This document shows, one piece after another, positions 33,406-42,788 of a stretch of DNA of 64,000 bases. Made by a program: the position numbers and the translations under genes. The first letter of the stretch is position 1, and each line of letters begins with the position of its first letter. Below the pieces are notes generated by a model that made no database searches, was not told the origin of the DNA, and saw only the letters and a list, made by a program, of their open reading frames with translations. Origin of the DNA: Thermodesulfobacteriota bacterium (GTDB lineage Bacteria > Desulfobacterota_D > UBA1144 > Nemesobacterales > Mycalebacteriaceae); NCBI GenBank assembly GCA_965205855.1, contig OZ242184.1, positions 886,570 to 950,569 of the forward strand, in the 5' to 3' direction.

Positions 33406-34446
33406 ATGGGCGGAGACCGGAAAAAAAGTGGGGGAAACTTCGGCGTTCCGGACTCCGACACCACATTGCTTGACATACCGGCGCGTCCGCGCAGGAACAG
33501 AAAGACAGAGGCGATACGTTCCCTTGTGAAGGAAACAACTCTGTCTGTGCGGGAACTCATCTATCCTGTCTTTATTCACGCCGGCAAAGCGGATGAAGAA
33601 ATAGCCTCAATGCCCGGCAGAAAAAGGTTCACGCCGGACGGTCTTCTAAGGGAAACGGAAAACTGCCTCAAGGCGGGAATCACCTCATTTATGCTGTTTC
33701 CCGTGATTGACGAAAAACTCAAATCCCCGAACGCGAAAGAGGCGGAAAACCCTCACGGGCTTGTTCCCCGAACCGTGCGCAAATTGAAAAAGGAGTTTCC
33801 CGAAACAGTTGTCATAACGGATGTGGCTCTTGACCCGTATTCAAGCGACGGGCATGACGGGATTGTCTCTGCATCGGGTGAAATACTGAACGACGCGACG
33901 GTTGAAATCCTCTGCCGGCAGGCTCTCTGTCACGCGGATTGCGGAGCAGATATCGTAGCCCCGAGTGATATGATGGACGGACGGGTCGGCGCGATAAGGG
34001 AAACGCTTGATGAAAGCGGCTGTACGGACACTTCAATACTTTCCTACACGGCAAAATACGCTTCGTGTTTCTACGGGCCATTTCGCGGCGCGCTTGTCTC
34101 GGTGCCGAAGTCGGGAAACAAACAAACCTATCAGATGGACCCGGCAAACTTGAGAGAAGCCCTCAGGGAGTTGAGCCTTGATGAAGCGGAAGGGGCGGAC
34201 ATAGTAATGGTAAAACCCGCAAGCCATTACCTTGATGTCGTAAGCGCGTTCAAGGAATCAACCGACCTGCCCATTGCCGCGTATCAGGTAAGCGGCGAAT
34301 ATATCATGATAAAAGCGGCCGCCGAAAAAGGGTACCTGAATGAACATAACGCGATTATGGAAAGTCTGACTTCAATCAAAAGAGCGGGAGCGGATATGGT
34401 AGCGACATACTTCGCCCCCGAAGCGGCAAAGATAATCCGGCCTTAA
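33406..34446 (+). CDS. hemB: porphobilinogen synthase (delta-aminolevulinate dehydratase)
   Basis: 346 aa. RPRRNRK...LVKET N-terminus, active-site context MVKPA (Schiff-base Lys) and YQVSGEY. Confidence 0.9.
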   Translation: MGGDRKKSGGNFGVPDSDTTLLDIPARPRRNRKTEAIRSLVKETTLSVRELIYPVFIHAGKADEEIASMPGRKRFTPDGLLRETENCLKAGITSFMLFPVIDEKLKSPNAKEAENPHGLVPRTVRKLKKEFPETVVITDVALDPYSSDGHDGIVSASGEILNDATVEILCRQALCHADCGADIVAPSDMMDGRVGAIRETLDESGCTDTSILSYTAKYASCFYGPFRGALVSVPKSGNKQTYQMDPANLREALRELSLDEAEGADIVMVKPASHYLDVVSAFKESTDLPIAAYQVSGEYIMIKAAAEKGYLNEHNAIMESLTSIKRAGADMVATYFAPEAAKIIRP

Positions 34447-34463
34447 ACTCCCGTTTCGGTGTC

Positions 34464-35471
34464 TTACGGGTTTATCACAACCTTTCCGAACTGACTTGAA
34501 TTCTCAAGCGCCAGATGCGCCTCGGCAAGTTGCGCCAGAGGGAGAGTTCTGTCTATGACGGGAGACAGAATTCCCTCTGCCGCCATGTCAACCGTATCCT
34601 GCAAAACGCTTTGCGGAGAGTTAAAAACCGTTACGCCAATAATGGAAATATCCCTCATAATCACGGGGCCGAGGGAAAATTTCTCAACAAGCCCTCCTCC
34701 TACAACACCCACAAGAACAAGCCGTCCTCCGGGTTTGAGTATCTTTATGTTTTTCTCCCAGTAAGACGCGCCGACAGAGTCAAAAATCAGGTCAACCCCG
34801 CCTTTGATTTCTTTGGAAAAATCGGATTTTTTGTAGTTGAAAACTTCATCCGCGCCGAGGGTTTTTGCTTTTTCAAGTTTCTCATCGCTGCCCGCCGTCG
34901 CTATGATTTTCGCGCCGAGATGTTTTGCGAACTGTATCGCAGCAGTTCCCGTTCCGCTGCCTGCGGCGTGCACGACAACCGTTTCGCCCTTTTTCAGCCC
35001 GCCCCTGTTTACAAGCCCATAAACGGCTGTCACATAACAGATGGGAAGCGCAGACGCATCATCATGGGAAAGATTGTCCGGAATTTTGCACACATTCACG
35101 GCGGGAACTTTCACATACTCCGCAAAACCTCCCTGCCGGTTCGCGCCTATGATGCCCGTTCCTCTCTCCCCCGCGATTGCCGGATTCACAACCACCCGGT
35201 CTCCCGTGCCGAGGCTTCCGCCTGCCTTGTTTCCAACCTCTTCTATTACGCCCGAAATATCTATCCCGCCGATATGAGGAAGGTCAACGGGGCGAGGGGA
35301 TTTGCCAGATCTTAATCTGGTGTCCAGTGAGTTCATTGCGCATGACTTAACCCTGATTAAAACCTCGTCAGAAGAGATGGAAGGAGTTTTAATATCCTCG
35401 TATTTTATTACTCCAGCGTTTCCCAATTCGTGATATATACCCGCTTTCATTTTTTTCTCCCATACCGTCAA
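34464..35471 (-). CDS. zinc-type alcohol dehydrogenase / NADPH:quinone oxidoreductase (MDR family)
   Basis: 335 aa. GroES-like N-domain and Rossmann motif HAAGSGTGTAAIQ. Confidence 0.8.
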   Translation of the reverse strand: MTVWEKKMKAGIYHELGNAGVIKYEDIKTPSISSDEVLIRVKSCAMNSLDTRLRSGKSPRPVDLPHIGGIDISGVIEEVGNKAGGSLGTGDRVVVNPAIAGERGTGIIGANRQGGFAEYVKVPAVNVCKIPDNLSHDDASALPICYVTAVYGLVNRGGLKKGETVVVHAAGSGTGTAAIQFAKHLGAKIIATAGSDEKLEKAKTLGADEVFNYKKSDFSKEIKGGVDLIFDSVGASYWEKNIKILKPGGRLVLVGVVGGGLVEKFSLGPVIMRDISIIGVTVFNSPQSVLQDTVDMAAEGILSPVIDRTLPLAQLAEAHLALENSSQFGKVVINP

Positions 35472-35526
35472 ATTTTCCTGTAACTATATATCCGGTCACG
35501 GATTTTGTGCAAAGCGACTGAGAAAA

Positions 35527-36480
35527 TCAACCCTTCGGTTTTCTTCCGAGAGACCAAAGCGTTTCCGCGACACTTGTCTGTAAAGCCCACAAGTCGTAGC
35601 CGCCTTCAAGCATAAAAGCCGCTCCGCAACCACACAGTTCACGGGCAAGGGATTGAACCTCGGACGCGATGGCTCCGAAACACTCGCTTGAAACATTCAT
35701 ACCGGCAAGAGGGTCCGCCCTGTGTGCGTCAAAACCAGCCGATACGAGAATGACATCGGGTTTATACGCGCGCGCCGCAGCCGCGAGTTCATTTTGAAAT
35801 ACGCTCATATAAGAATCGTCTGACTGTCCCGCGGCGAGGGGTATGTTCAAAGTGGCTCCCCTGCCATCTCCGCTTCCGGTTTCCTCTGAGCTTCCGGTGC
35901 CGGGAAAAGCCGGATGCTGGTGGACTGAAAAATAGAAAACATCGCCTCTGCCGTAAAAACTGTTCTGAGTTCCGTTGCCATGATGAACATCCCAGTCAAC
36001 TATCATTACGCGGCCCGCGCCACACTCTCTGAGCGCGAACTCCGCCGCGACAGCGATATTATTGAAAAGACAAAACCCCATCGCACGGTCACGCTCGGCA
36101 TGGTGTCCCGGAGGGCGGCAAAAAGCGAACGCGCTTTCCCTTCCGCCTTTGATAACTGTCTCACACGCGCAAATTGCCGCCCCCGCCGAAAGCGCCGCGG
36201 CTCGCCATGTTTCTCCCCCCGCGCCGGTGTCGGGGTCAAGCTGAAAAAAGGGTTTTCCGTCCGTTTTTTCAATCGTTTCCACATACCTTTCATCATGAAT
36301 CCATGCCAGTTGAGCGGGGGTCGCGGCTCTCAATTGCATACGTTCAACAAAAGGCGACACGCTTGCCAAGTTCAAAAGGGAGTCAATCGCGGTTATTCTG
36401 TCAGGGCTTTCGGGATGCGCGGGACCGTTTTGATGCCCTTTACAAATATCAGAATCAATAAAAACAGCAGTTTGTGTCAT
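35527..36480 (-). CDS. histone deacetylase-family protein (acetoin utilization / acetylpolyamine amidohydrolase-like)
   Basis: RPPGHHA, DWDVHHGNGTQ and GFD...DPL motifs. The ATG at 36480 is used because the longer ORF start (36594) runs through the 42-bp palindrome and past the rpmE2 start codon (36577) on the opposite strand. Confidence 0.85.
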   Translation of the reverse strand: MTQTAVFIDSDICKGHQNGPAHPESPDRITAIDSLLNLASVSPFVERMQLRAATPAQLAWIHDERYVETIEKTDGKPFFQLDPDTGAGGETWRAAALSAGAAICACETVIKGGRESAFAFCRPPGHHAERDRAMGFCLFNNIAVAAEFALRECGAGRVMIVDWDVHHGNGTQNSFYGRGDVFYFSVHQHPAFPGTGSSEETGSGDGRGATLNIPLAAGQSDDSYMSVFQNELAAAARAYKPDVILVSAGFDAHRADPLAGMNVSSECFGAIASEVQSLARELCGCGAAFMLEGGYDLWALQTSVAETLWSLGRKPKG

Positions 36481-36503
36481 AGTGCTGAAAAGACTAACAT
36501 AAG

Positions 36504-36545
36504 ATAACAAAGAGCGCTTCTTTACAAAGAAGCGCTCTTTGTTAT
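36504..36545. promoter_or_regulatory. 42-bp near-perfect palindrome in the divergent HDAC/rpmE2 intergenic region
   Basis: ATAACAAAGAGCGCTTCTTT-AC-AAAGAAGCGCTCTTTGTTAT. The two 20-nt arms are exact reverse complements. The sequence is certain. The function (operator or 5'-UTR hairpin) is unknown. Confidence 0.4.
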
Positions 36546-36576
36546 AATTAATTCTTCTAAAGCGGGAAAGCGTAAG

Positions 36577-36825
36577 ATGAAAAAAGACATTCACCCAGAA
36601 TATAAACCGGTGGTTTTCAGGGATCCTTCAACGGATTTTATGATACTTACAAAGTCCACAAAGACCTCGAACGAAACAATAGAGTGGGAAAACGGCGAGA
36701 CCTATCCGGTTGTGAATGTCGAGATATCAAGTAGCTCCCATCCTTTTTTCTCTGGCAAAGAGCAGCAGTTTTCAAAAGAAAGCCGCGTGGAAAAATTCCG
36801 CAAAAAATACGGCTCGGCAGAGTAA
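36577..36825 (+). CDS. rpmE2: 50S ribosomal protein L31, type B (no zinc-ribbon cysteines)
   Basis: 82 aa. MKKDIHPEY..., [10 protein letters not shown] and VEKFRKKYG. It lacks the CxxC pairs of type A. Confidence 0.9.
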   Translation: MKKDIHPEYKPVVFRDPSTDFMILTKSTKTSNETIEWENGETYPVVNVEISSSSHPFFSGKEQQFSKESRVEKFRKKYGSAE

Positions 36826-36830
36826 CCGCG

Positions 36831-37346
36831 TTATACCGCTTCGGACTCTTTCAGGTATCTGGCGACATCCTCCTGAATTGACTCGTCAACCATTTCACGC
36901 CAGTCATTCTCGTTGTTTTTGATTGAATCCCTTATTTTCGTGGCCGATATCCAGCCGATGTTCTCCGGAGGGAAGAACTCATTCATCTCATATCCGACTC
37001 CCCTGCCCCAGTTAACCGATTCAATATCGGGAATCTGTATCACTTCAACATCATCGCCTTTGCTCATATGGTATTTGCGTATCATGTCAATGGTCTGCGC
37101 CGTTGTAAAAGGATTTGTCGGGTCTGGCGGAATGTCTCTGACCATTATCAGGCACGGAACGCCCTTGTCCAGTTTCTGGCGCACAAGACTTATGTGCCCT
37201 TGATGATAGGGCTGATACCTTCCGATGAATATGGCCCTCTTGGACTTTACCGGCTCAATTCCGGTATGCCCGTGATTTGTAAATTTCCATTCAGACATGA
37301 TCTTCCTTCTTCGCCAGTTTTCGAATTCTGCTGGTGATTCAGACAT
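36831..37346 (-). CDS. cytidylyltransferase-like protein, NadM-type nicotinamide-nucleotide adenylyltransferase family
   Basis: 171 aa. GRYQPYHQGH (HxGH) and ISATKIR (ISxTxxR) nucleotidyltransferase motifs. An AAGGAG Shine-Dalgarno precedes the ATG at 37346. Confidence 0.6.
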   Translation of the reverse strand: MSESPAEFENWRRRKIMSEWKFTNHGHTGIEPVKSKRAIFIGRYQPYHQGHISLVRQKLDKGVPCLIMVRDIPPDPTNPFTTAQTIDMIRKYHMSKGDDVEVIQIPDIESVNWGRGVGYEMNEFFPPENIGWISATKIRDSIKNNENDWREMVDESIQEDVARYLKESEAV

Positions 37347-37398
37347 GATGTTTCTCCTTTGTCAGTTTGTTATTTTGGAAACCCATTCTACTGGTAAT

Positions 37399-38100
37399 TC
37401 AGACAAGTTTCAAAAAAGCGCCGAATACGGACTCCGCGAGTTTGTTAATTCCGTCCGGATAAATCTCCGCGCCCCGCTCAATCTCTTCAATATCAAGACC
37501 GGAGTTTTCAATCTCCAGCCTGTTATCGTTTCTCTCAAGCCATTGCCGCACAATCTTTTCATCCGTCTCAAGGTGGAACTGAAGCGCATACGCCCTGTCG
37601 CCGTATCTGAACGCCTGATTTGGAAAATCATCCGAGAACGCAAGGTTGACCGCTCCAGCGGGCGTTTCAAAACCGTCTCCGTGCCACTGAAAAACCTTTT
37701 CGCTTTGCGAGAAAAGTGAAAATACGGGGTCGGATGCGGCAGAGGGTGCCGCGCTGACATCATACCACCCAATCTCTTTCGAACCACCCGCCCTGACCTT
37801 CGCGCCGAGCGCGGCCGCCATTATCTGCGCTCCGAGACATATTCCAATCACTGGCCTGCCACTTTTGATAAATTCACGCACAAACCGTATCTCCCGCGCG
37901 AGATACGGATACCTGTCGTTTTGATAAACGTTCATCGGTCCGCCCATTATGGCAAGAACGGAAAAGTCGTCCGCATTTGCCGGAGCGGACTCCCCGTCAC
38001 CGAAGTTCACCGTGACGATATCAAAACCGCGTTTGTCCATCAACTTTCCGAGCAGACCCGGAGATTCGTGGCTTACATGCTGAAAAACAAGCGCTTTCAT
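37399..38100 (-). CDS. class I glutamine amidotransferase (GATase1, GMP-synthase-like domain protein)
   Basis: 233 aa. Nucleophile elbow GICLGAQ and the downstream QFHLE histidine motif. Confidence 0.75.
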   Translation of the reverse strand: MKALVFQHVSHESPGLLGKLMDKRGFDIVTVNFGDGESAPANADDFSVLAIMGGPMNVYQNDRYPYLAREIRFVREFIKSGRPVIGICLGAQIMAAALGAKVRAGGSKEIGWYDVSAAPSAASDPVFSLFSQSEKVFQWHGDGFETPAGAVNLAFSDDFPNQAFRYGDRAYALQFHLETDEKIVRQWLERNDNRLEIENSGLDIEEIERGAEIYPDGINKLAESVFGAFLKLV

Positions 38101-38378
38101 TTTATTTTTTTGTTAATATGCCCGAGGCTCTTTTCTGGCACGACACGGTCTCTCACAAGAGACTTGAGTTCTGCGGCAGATGGAAAACCGCCCTGTTCCC
38201 GCCTTGACCACACAAGATATTTTCCGACAAAGATTCTGAAAACCCCGCCGGAGGAAGGTGCAAGCGCAAAATCGCCTATCTCATCGTCAAAGGTGGAAAA
38301 CAACTCCTGCGCCATCCAGCCCGCTCTGAGAAGCCAGCCGCACCGGACACAATACTCTATTCTTATCTTTACGGGCAC
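38097..38378 (-). CDS. SelW/SelT/Rdx-family thioredoxin-like protein (Cys form)
   Basis: 93 aa starting MPVKIRIEYCVRCGW with a CxxC redox motif, as in Rdx-family proteins. Confidence 0.6.
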   Translation of the reverse strand: MPVKIRIEYCVRCGWLLRAGWMAQELFSTFDDEIGDFALAPSSGGVFRIFVGKYLVWSRREQGGFPSAAELKSLVRDRVVPEKSLGHINKKIK

Positions 38379-38456
38379 AGCGGGCTTAAGATAACCGCGC
38401 GAACTCGTGGCGCAAACGTTTTCGCAATGTGCCTTATCGGGAATGTTCGGGGGAGA

Positions 38457-38532
38457 TGGCTCCGGCGGAGGGATTCGAACCCCCGACCTAGTGGTTAACA
38501 GCCACCCGCTCTGCCAGCTGAGCTACACCGGA
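38457..38532 (-). tRNA. tRNA-Asn (GTT)
   Basis: Acceptor TCCGGTG/CGCCGGA, anticodon loop CTGTTAA, T-loop GGTTCGAATCC, encoded CCA. Confidence 0.85.
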
Positions 38533-38557
38533 ACTGAAGAAGATGTGTTAAATTATA

Positions 38558-39481
38558 TTGCCTATGAAAGACAGTCAAGAAAAACCCGTGTCCGCAACGG
38601 AGCCCGAAGAAAAGCCCAAACCCGCAATCCGGTCTGCGCCGCTTGTTGAAGCCTCGCCTCTGCAGCGCTATGTGTCCGAAATCGCTTCCAACCCCATTTT
38701 ATCAAATGAGGAAGAGCGCGAACTCGCCGTCCTCTACAGGGAAAAGGGAGACATAGAAGCCGCGCGCAAACTTGTCGCTTCAAACCTGAAGTTTGTCGTC
38801 AAAGTCGCCGGAGAATACAAAAACTACAACATCAACATTATGGACATTATTCAGGAGGGGAACCTCGGGCTTATGCACGCGGTCAAAAGATTCGACCCCA
38901 CAAAGGGTTACAGGCTTATCTCATACGCGGTCTGGTGGATAAAAGCATATATTCAGAAACACATAATGGACACATGGAGTCTTGTCAGAATCGGCACCGG
39001 CAGAGAGCAGAGAAAACTTTTCTACAAAGTCCGCTCCGCGAGTAGCGCGGCGGGAAGTGGGGCGGAAAAAAATGACGCCGAAATTGCGAACAGCCTCGGC
39101 GTTTCGGAAAAAAGTTTCTCGGAGATGAAGCGGGTTATGGGCACAAGAGATCTATCTCTTCATTCTCCGGTTCAAAATGAAGCCCAGCAGGCACATGTGG
39201 ATTTTCTGACCGACAGTTCCGAAGGGCCGGAAGCTGGTTTTGAGCGCGAGGAAACAAAGAGAATTATCCATAACCACATAGGGAAAGTTCTCGAAAAACT
39301 CAAAGAAAAAGAGAGGCATATAGTTGAAAACAGGCTACTGACGGAAAACCCCGAAACCCTAGACACAATCGGAAGCAGGCTGGGCATCTCGCGCGAAAGA
39401 GTAAGGCAGATAGAACAAACCGCTCTGAAGAAACTCAGGCGGGAATTCGAAAAATACGGCATCACCGCCCCACTGGACTGA
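38558..39481 (+). CDS. rpoH: RNA polymerase sigma factor, RpoH (sigma-32)-like
   Basis: 307 aa sigma-70 family (regions 2-4) with an RpoH-box-like QRKLFYKVR. The tracked start is a TTG at 38558. An ATG lies at 38564. Confidence 0.75.
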   Translation: MPMKDSQEKPVSATEPEEKPKPAIRSAPLVEASPLQRYVSEIASNPILSNEEERELAVLYREKGDIEAARKLVASNLKFVVKVAGEYKNYNINIMDIIQEGNLGLMHAVKRFDPTKGYRLISYAVWWIKAYIQKHIMDTWSLVRIGTGREQRKLFYKVRSASSAAGSGAEKNDAEIANSLGVSEKSFSEMKRVMGTRDLSLHSPVQNEAQQAHVDFLTDSSEGPEAGFEREETKRIIHNHIGKVLEKLKEKERHIVENRLLTENPETLDTIGSRLGISRERVRQIEQTALKKLRREFEKYGITAPLD

Positions 39482-39505
39482 CACCCGCGCACCGGCAGGG
39501 ACACG

Positions 39506-42115
39506 CTAAATTGACTCAACAACACCGGCGGACATTTCAATCGCTTCGGCAACCCCTTCGGGACGGTCTCCGCCCGCCTGCGCGAGCACGGGCTTTCCGC
39601 CTCCTCTGCCGCCAATCAGCGGGGCAATCTCCTTGATGATTTTCCCCGCGTGAAACCTGTCTGAAATATCCTTTGTAACCCCGACAAGGATAAATGCCTT
39701 TCCCTCGCGCACGCCGCCAAGCACCGCGACCCCGCCTTTAATTTTCGCGCGTATCCCGTCCCACAATTCCCTCAACTCTTCGGGGCCGCAGTCCGGAACT
39801 TCGCGTGAAAGAAACCGCGCTCCGTTAATTTCCTTCATGCCGGATATCATCTCACCGGCGCCTTTCATAAGAGCGCTTTTTCTGCGCACACCAGACTCCT
39901 TTTCGAGCTCCGTGTTACGCTCAAGCAGTTTTCCGATTTTTTCCGCAACCGCTCCCGGAGCAACTCCGAGCATCTTTGCGGCGCGCGCAAGAGTCCTTTC
40001 GTTTTCCAGAGCGCGTTTGTACGCCGCCTCATGGCAAACCGCCTCTATTCTTCTCACTCCCGCGCTTGAAGCGGATTGCGAAACTATGCTGAACATTCCC
40101 GCCTCCGCGGAGTTGGCAATATGAGTTCCGCCGCACAGCTCAACGCTGTATCCGCCGATTGAAACCACCCTGACCCTGTCGCCGTATTTCTCCTCAAAAA
40201 TCGCCATTGCCCCCCCTTTCAGCGCCTCTTCGTAAGAAACATCCGCTCTTGTAACAACCTCGTCCGCGCGTCTTATTTTCTCATTCACCATATCTTCAAT
40301 CCCCTTAATGTCTTCGTGGCTCACGGGCGAGTGGTGTGTGAAGTCAAACCGCAATCTGTCCGGGGCGACAAGCGAGCCCGCCTGTGAAACATGGGTTCCG
40401 AGTTTGTCCCTCAAAACGGAGTGCAGTATGTGAGTCGCGGTGTGGTGCGCGCACGCGGCGCGTCTGCAGCTTTTGTCAACTGAAAGGCGCACGGTGTCTC
40501 CGGGGCGAACCGCGCCTTTTTCAATCACGGCGCGGTGGCGGATAATACCCGCGATGGGGCGGGTTGTGTCAATCACTTTCGCAAAAAACCCGTCCCCCTC
40601 AATGGTTCCCGTGTCTCCCGCCTGTCCTCCGGACTGTGCGTAAAAAGGCGTTGAATCGGTAACAATGTCCGCTGTGATGTCAGAATTTGCGAAAAAAACA
40701 ACCTTGCCCGTCCCTTCGGTGGCTTCGTAGCCGGTAAAAGCCGATGAGAAACCCGCGGAAACAAGTTCCGACAAACCCCCGCCGCCGTCTTCGGTGCCTT
40801 TCCACGACCCTTTTGACTGCTCTTTCTGTTTTGCCATCTCTTTGTCAAAACCTTCCCTGTCAACCCCGATATTTTTTTCCCTGAGCACATCCTCGGTCAA
40901 TTCAAGCGGAAAACCGTACGTGTCGTAAAGTTTGAAAGCCACATCGCCGGAAAGTTTTTCACCGCTTGAAAGTTTTTTCACTTCGCTCTCAAGAATCTCA
41001 AGCCCTCTGTCTGCGGTTTCAAGAAAACCCTCCTCTTCTTTCATCACGATTTGAGCCGCAAACTCGGTTTTTTCCACAAGTTCGGGATAGGTTCCGGCAA
41101 GTGTGCCGGAGACCGCGCCGAGGATTTTGAAAAGAAACGGCTCATTTGTGCCGAGGGTTTTCGCATGGCGCGCGGCTCTTCTGATAATTCTTCTAAGAAC
41201 ATAGCCCCTACCTTCGTTTGAGGGAAAAATCCCGTCCGCGATAAGAAACACAGCGGCGCGCGCATGGTCTGCGATAACGCGCATGCCGCTGTCAATCCTG
41301 CCTCCCTTTCCATCTGTGTATTTTATTTGCGAAAGTTCTTCAATCCGCCCGATTACGGGGCGAATCAGGTCGGTTTCGTAGTTTCCGGGCGCTCCCTGTA
41401 TGACCGCCGTTATCCTTTCAAGTCCCATCCCCGTGTCTATGTTCGGAAGAGGAAGGGGTTTTGTCTCGCCGGATTCATTCTGTTCATACTGCATAAAAAC
41501 AAGGTTCCACAACTCAAGGTAGCGGTCGCAGTCGCAGCCCGGCGCGCACTCCGGTTTACCGCATCCGGTTTTTTCGCCCTGGTCTATGAGAATTTCCGAA
41601 CACGGCCCGCACGGCCCCACATCTCCCATAGTCCAGAAGTTGCTTTCGTCTCCCATGCGCAGAATGTGGGATTGCTCAAGCCCCGCTTCTTTGCGCCAGA
41701 TTTCAAACGCTTCGTCATCGTCCTTGTAGACGGTAACCCAGAGTTTATTTTTGGGAAGTCGGAAAACATTTGTCATCAAATCCCATGCGAAATGCACGGC
41801 GTCCTGTTTGAAATAGTCGCCGAATGAAAAATTGCCGAGCATTTCAAAAAATGTGTGATGCCGTGCCGTGTATCCGACATTGTCCAGATCGTTATGTTTT
41901 CCGCCCGCTCTCAAGCATTTCTGCGACGAGACCGCGCGTTTGCTGGCGGGAGGCTGTTCGAGTCCGAGAAAGATGTTTTTGAACGGAACCATCCCCGAAT
42001 TGGTAAAAAGAAGAGTCGGGTCTTGCACGGGGATAACGGGTGCGCTTCTTACACGCTTGTGGCCGTTTTTTTCAAAGTAAGAAAGAAAAGTTTCCCTTAT
42101 TTCGTTTCCGGTCAT
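39506..42115 (-). CDS. alaS: alanine--tRNA ligase
   Basis: 869 aa. Class II core (FTNSGM, KHNDLDNVG), editing-domain HxxxH/CxxxH motifs (HTATHIL, CGGTH) and a DHHA1 C-terminus. Confidence 0.95.
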   Translation of the reverse strand: MTGNEIRETFLSYFEKNGHKRVRSAPVIPVQDPTLLFTNSGMVPFKNIFLGLEQPPASKRAVSSQKCLRAGGKHNDLDNVGYTARHHTFFEMLGNFSFGDYFKQDAVHFAWDLMTNVFRLPKNKLWVTVYKDDDEAFEIWRKEAGLEQSHILRMGDESNFWTMGDVGPCGPCSEILIDQGEKTGCGKPECAPGCDCDRYLELWNLVFMQYEQNESGETKPLPLPNIDTGMGLERITAVIQGAPGNYETDLIRPVIGRIEELSQIKYTDGKGGRIDSGMRVIADHARAAVFLIADGIFPSNEGRGYVLRRIIRRAARHAKTLGTNEPFLFKILGAVSGTLAGTYPELVEKTEFAAQIVMKEEEGFLETADRGLEILESEVKKLSSGEKLSGDVAFKLYDTYGFPLELTEDVLREKNIGVDREGFDKEMAKQKEQSKGSWKGTEDGGGGLSELVSAGFSSAFTGYEATEGTGKVVFFANSDITADIVTDSTPFYAQSGGQAGDTGTIEGDGFFAKVIDTTRPIAGIIRHRAVIEKGAVRPGDTVRLSVDKSCRRAACAHHTATHILHSVLRDKLGTHVSQAGSLVAPDRLRFDFTHHSPVSHEDIKGIEDMVNEKIRRADEVVTRADVSYEEALKGGAMAIFEEKYGDRVRVVSIGGYSVELCGGTHIANSAEAGMFSIVSQSASSAGVRRIEAVCHEAAYKRALENERTLARAAKMLGVAPGAVAEKIGKLLERNTELEKESGVRRKSALMKGAGEMISGMKEINGARFLSREVPDCGPEELRELWDGIRAKIKGGVAVLGGVREGKAFILVGVTKDISDRFHAGKIIKEIAPLIGGRGGGKPVLAQAGGDRPEGVAEAIEMSAGVVESI

Positions 42116-42179
42116 TTAATTGCCGTCCGTGGCGCGACAGAGTGAAGTGGGAAAAGACGCACGCGGGGAATTGAGAAAA

Positions 42180-42434
42180 TCACTCTGCGGGAGAAACGAC
42201 CGAGACGGTGTTTCTTTTTCCTTTGCGGAATTTCACAACTCCGTCTGCAAGAGCAAAAAGCGTCCAGTCCCGTCCGGTTCCGACATTGTCTCCGGCGTGA
42301 AAAGAAGACCCTCTCTGGCGGATGATGATGTTTCCCGCTTTGACGACTTCTCCGCCGAATTTTTTAACGCCGAGCCGTTTGCCCGCCGAATCTCTTCCGT
42401 TTCTTGAACTGCCGCCGCCTTTTTTTGTGGACAT
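42180..42434 (-). CDS. rpmA: 50S ribosomal protein L27
   Basis: 84 aa. [20 protein letters not shown] is a canonical L27 N-terminus. Confidence 0.95.
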   Translation of the reverse strand: MSTKKGGGSSRNGRDSAGKRLGVKKFGGEVVKAGNIIIRQRGSSFHAGDNVGTGRDWTLFALADGVVKFRKGKRNTVSVVSPAE

Positions 42435-42446
42435 TCTCTGTCTCTC

Positions 42447-42764
42447 CTACCCTTTTATACCGGTTATGCGAACCGATGTGTATCTCTGCCGGTGTCCGGC
42501 TTTAAGTCTGTATTTTTTGCGTCTTTTGAATTTAAAAACGGTAATTTTAGGTCCTTTCTTCTGAGAGACGATTTCGCCTTTAACTTCCGCTCCGTCAACA
42601 ACGGGAGTACCCACGCGCGCCTCACCCTCTCCGTCCGAAACCATAAGCACATCGGGAAATCCGATCGTGTCTCCGGGGCTACCCTCGATTTTTTCTATGT
42701 CAAGAACATCTCCGGATTTGACCAAGTACTGTCTGTTTCCTGTTCTTATTACTGCCTGCTGCAT
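42447..42764 (-). CDS. rplU: 50S ribosomal protein L21
   Basis: 105 aa. MQQAVIRTGNRQYLV...KFKRRKKY...GHRQ pattern. Confidence 0.95.
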   Translation of the reverse strand: MQQAVIRTGNRQYLVKSGDVLDIEKIEGSPGDTIGFPDVLMVSDGEGEARVGTPVVDGAEVKGEIVSQKKGPKITVFKFKRRKKYRLKAGHRQRYTSVRITGIKG

Positions 42765-42788
42765 AAAGATTGCTCCGCTCTTGGAAGG

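Noticed and set aside
37325-37405. Two 21-nt direct repeats (ATTCTGCTGGTGATTCAGACA / ATTCTACTGGTAATTCAGACA) around the NadM-like gene start and the GATase stop, plus a third ATGTCTGAAT at the internal Met
   Set aside because: This is a short, imperfect local duplication of the start-codon region with no associated mobile or regulatory signature. It is most simply a small tandem-duplication relic. It only raises a start-codon ambiguity, and the ATG at 37346 has the better Shine-Dalgarno.
38097-38378. Rdx/SelW-like gene checked for a selenocysteine codon
   Set aside because: The redox motif is CVRC with ordinary Cys codons. There is no in-frame TGA, so this is the Cys form.
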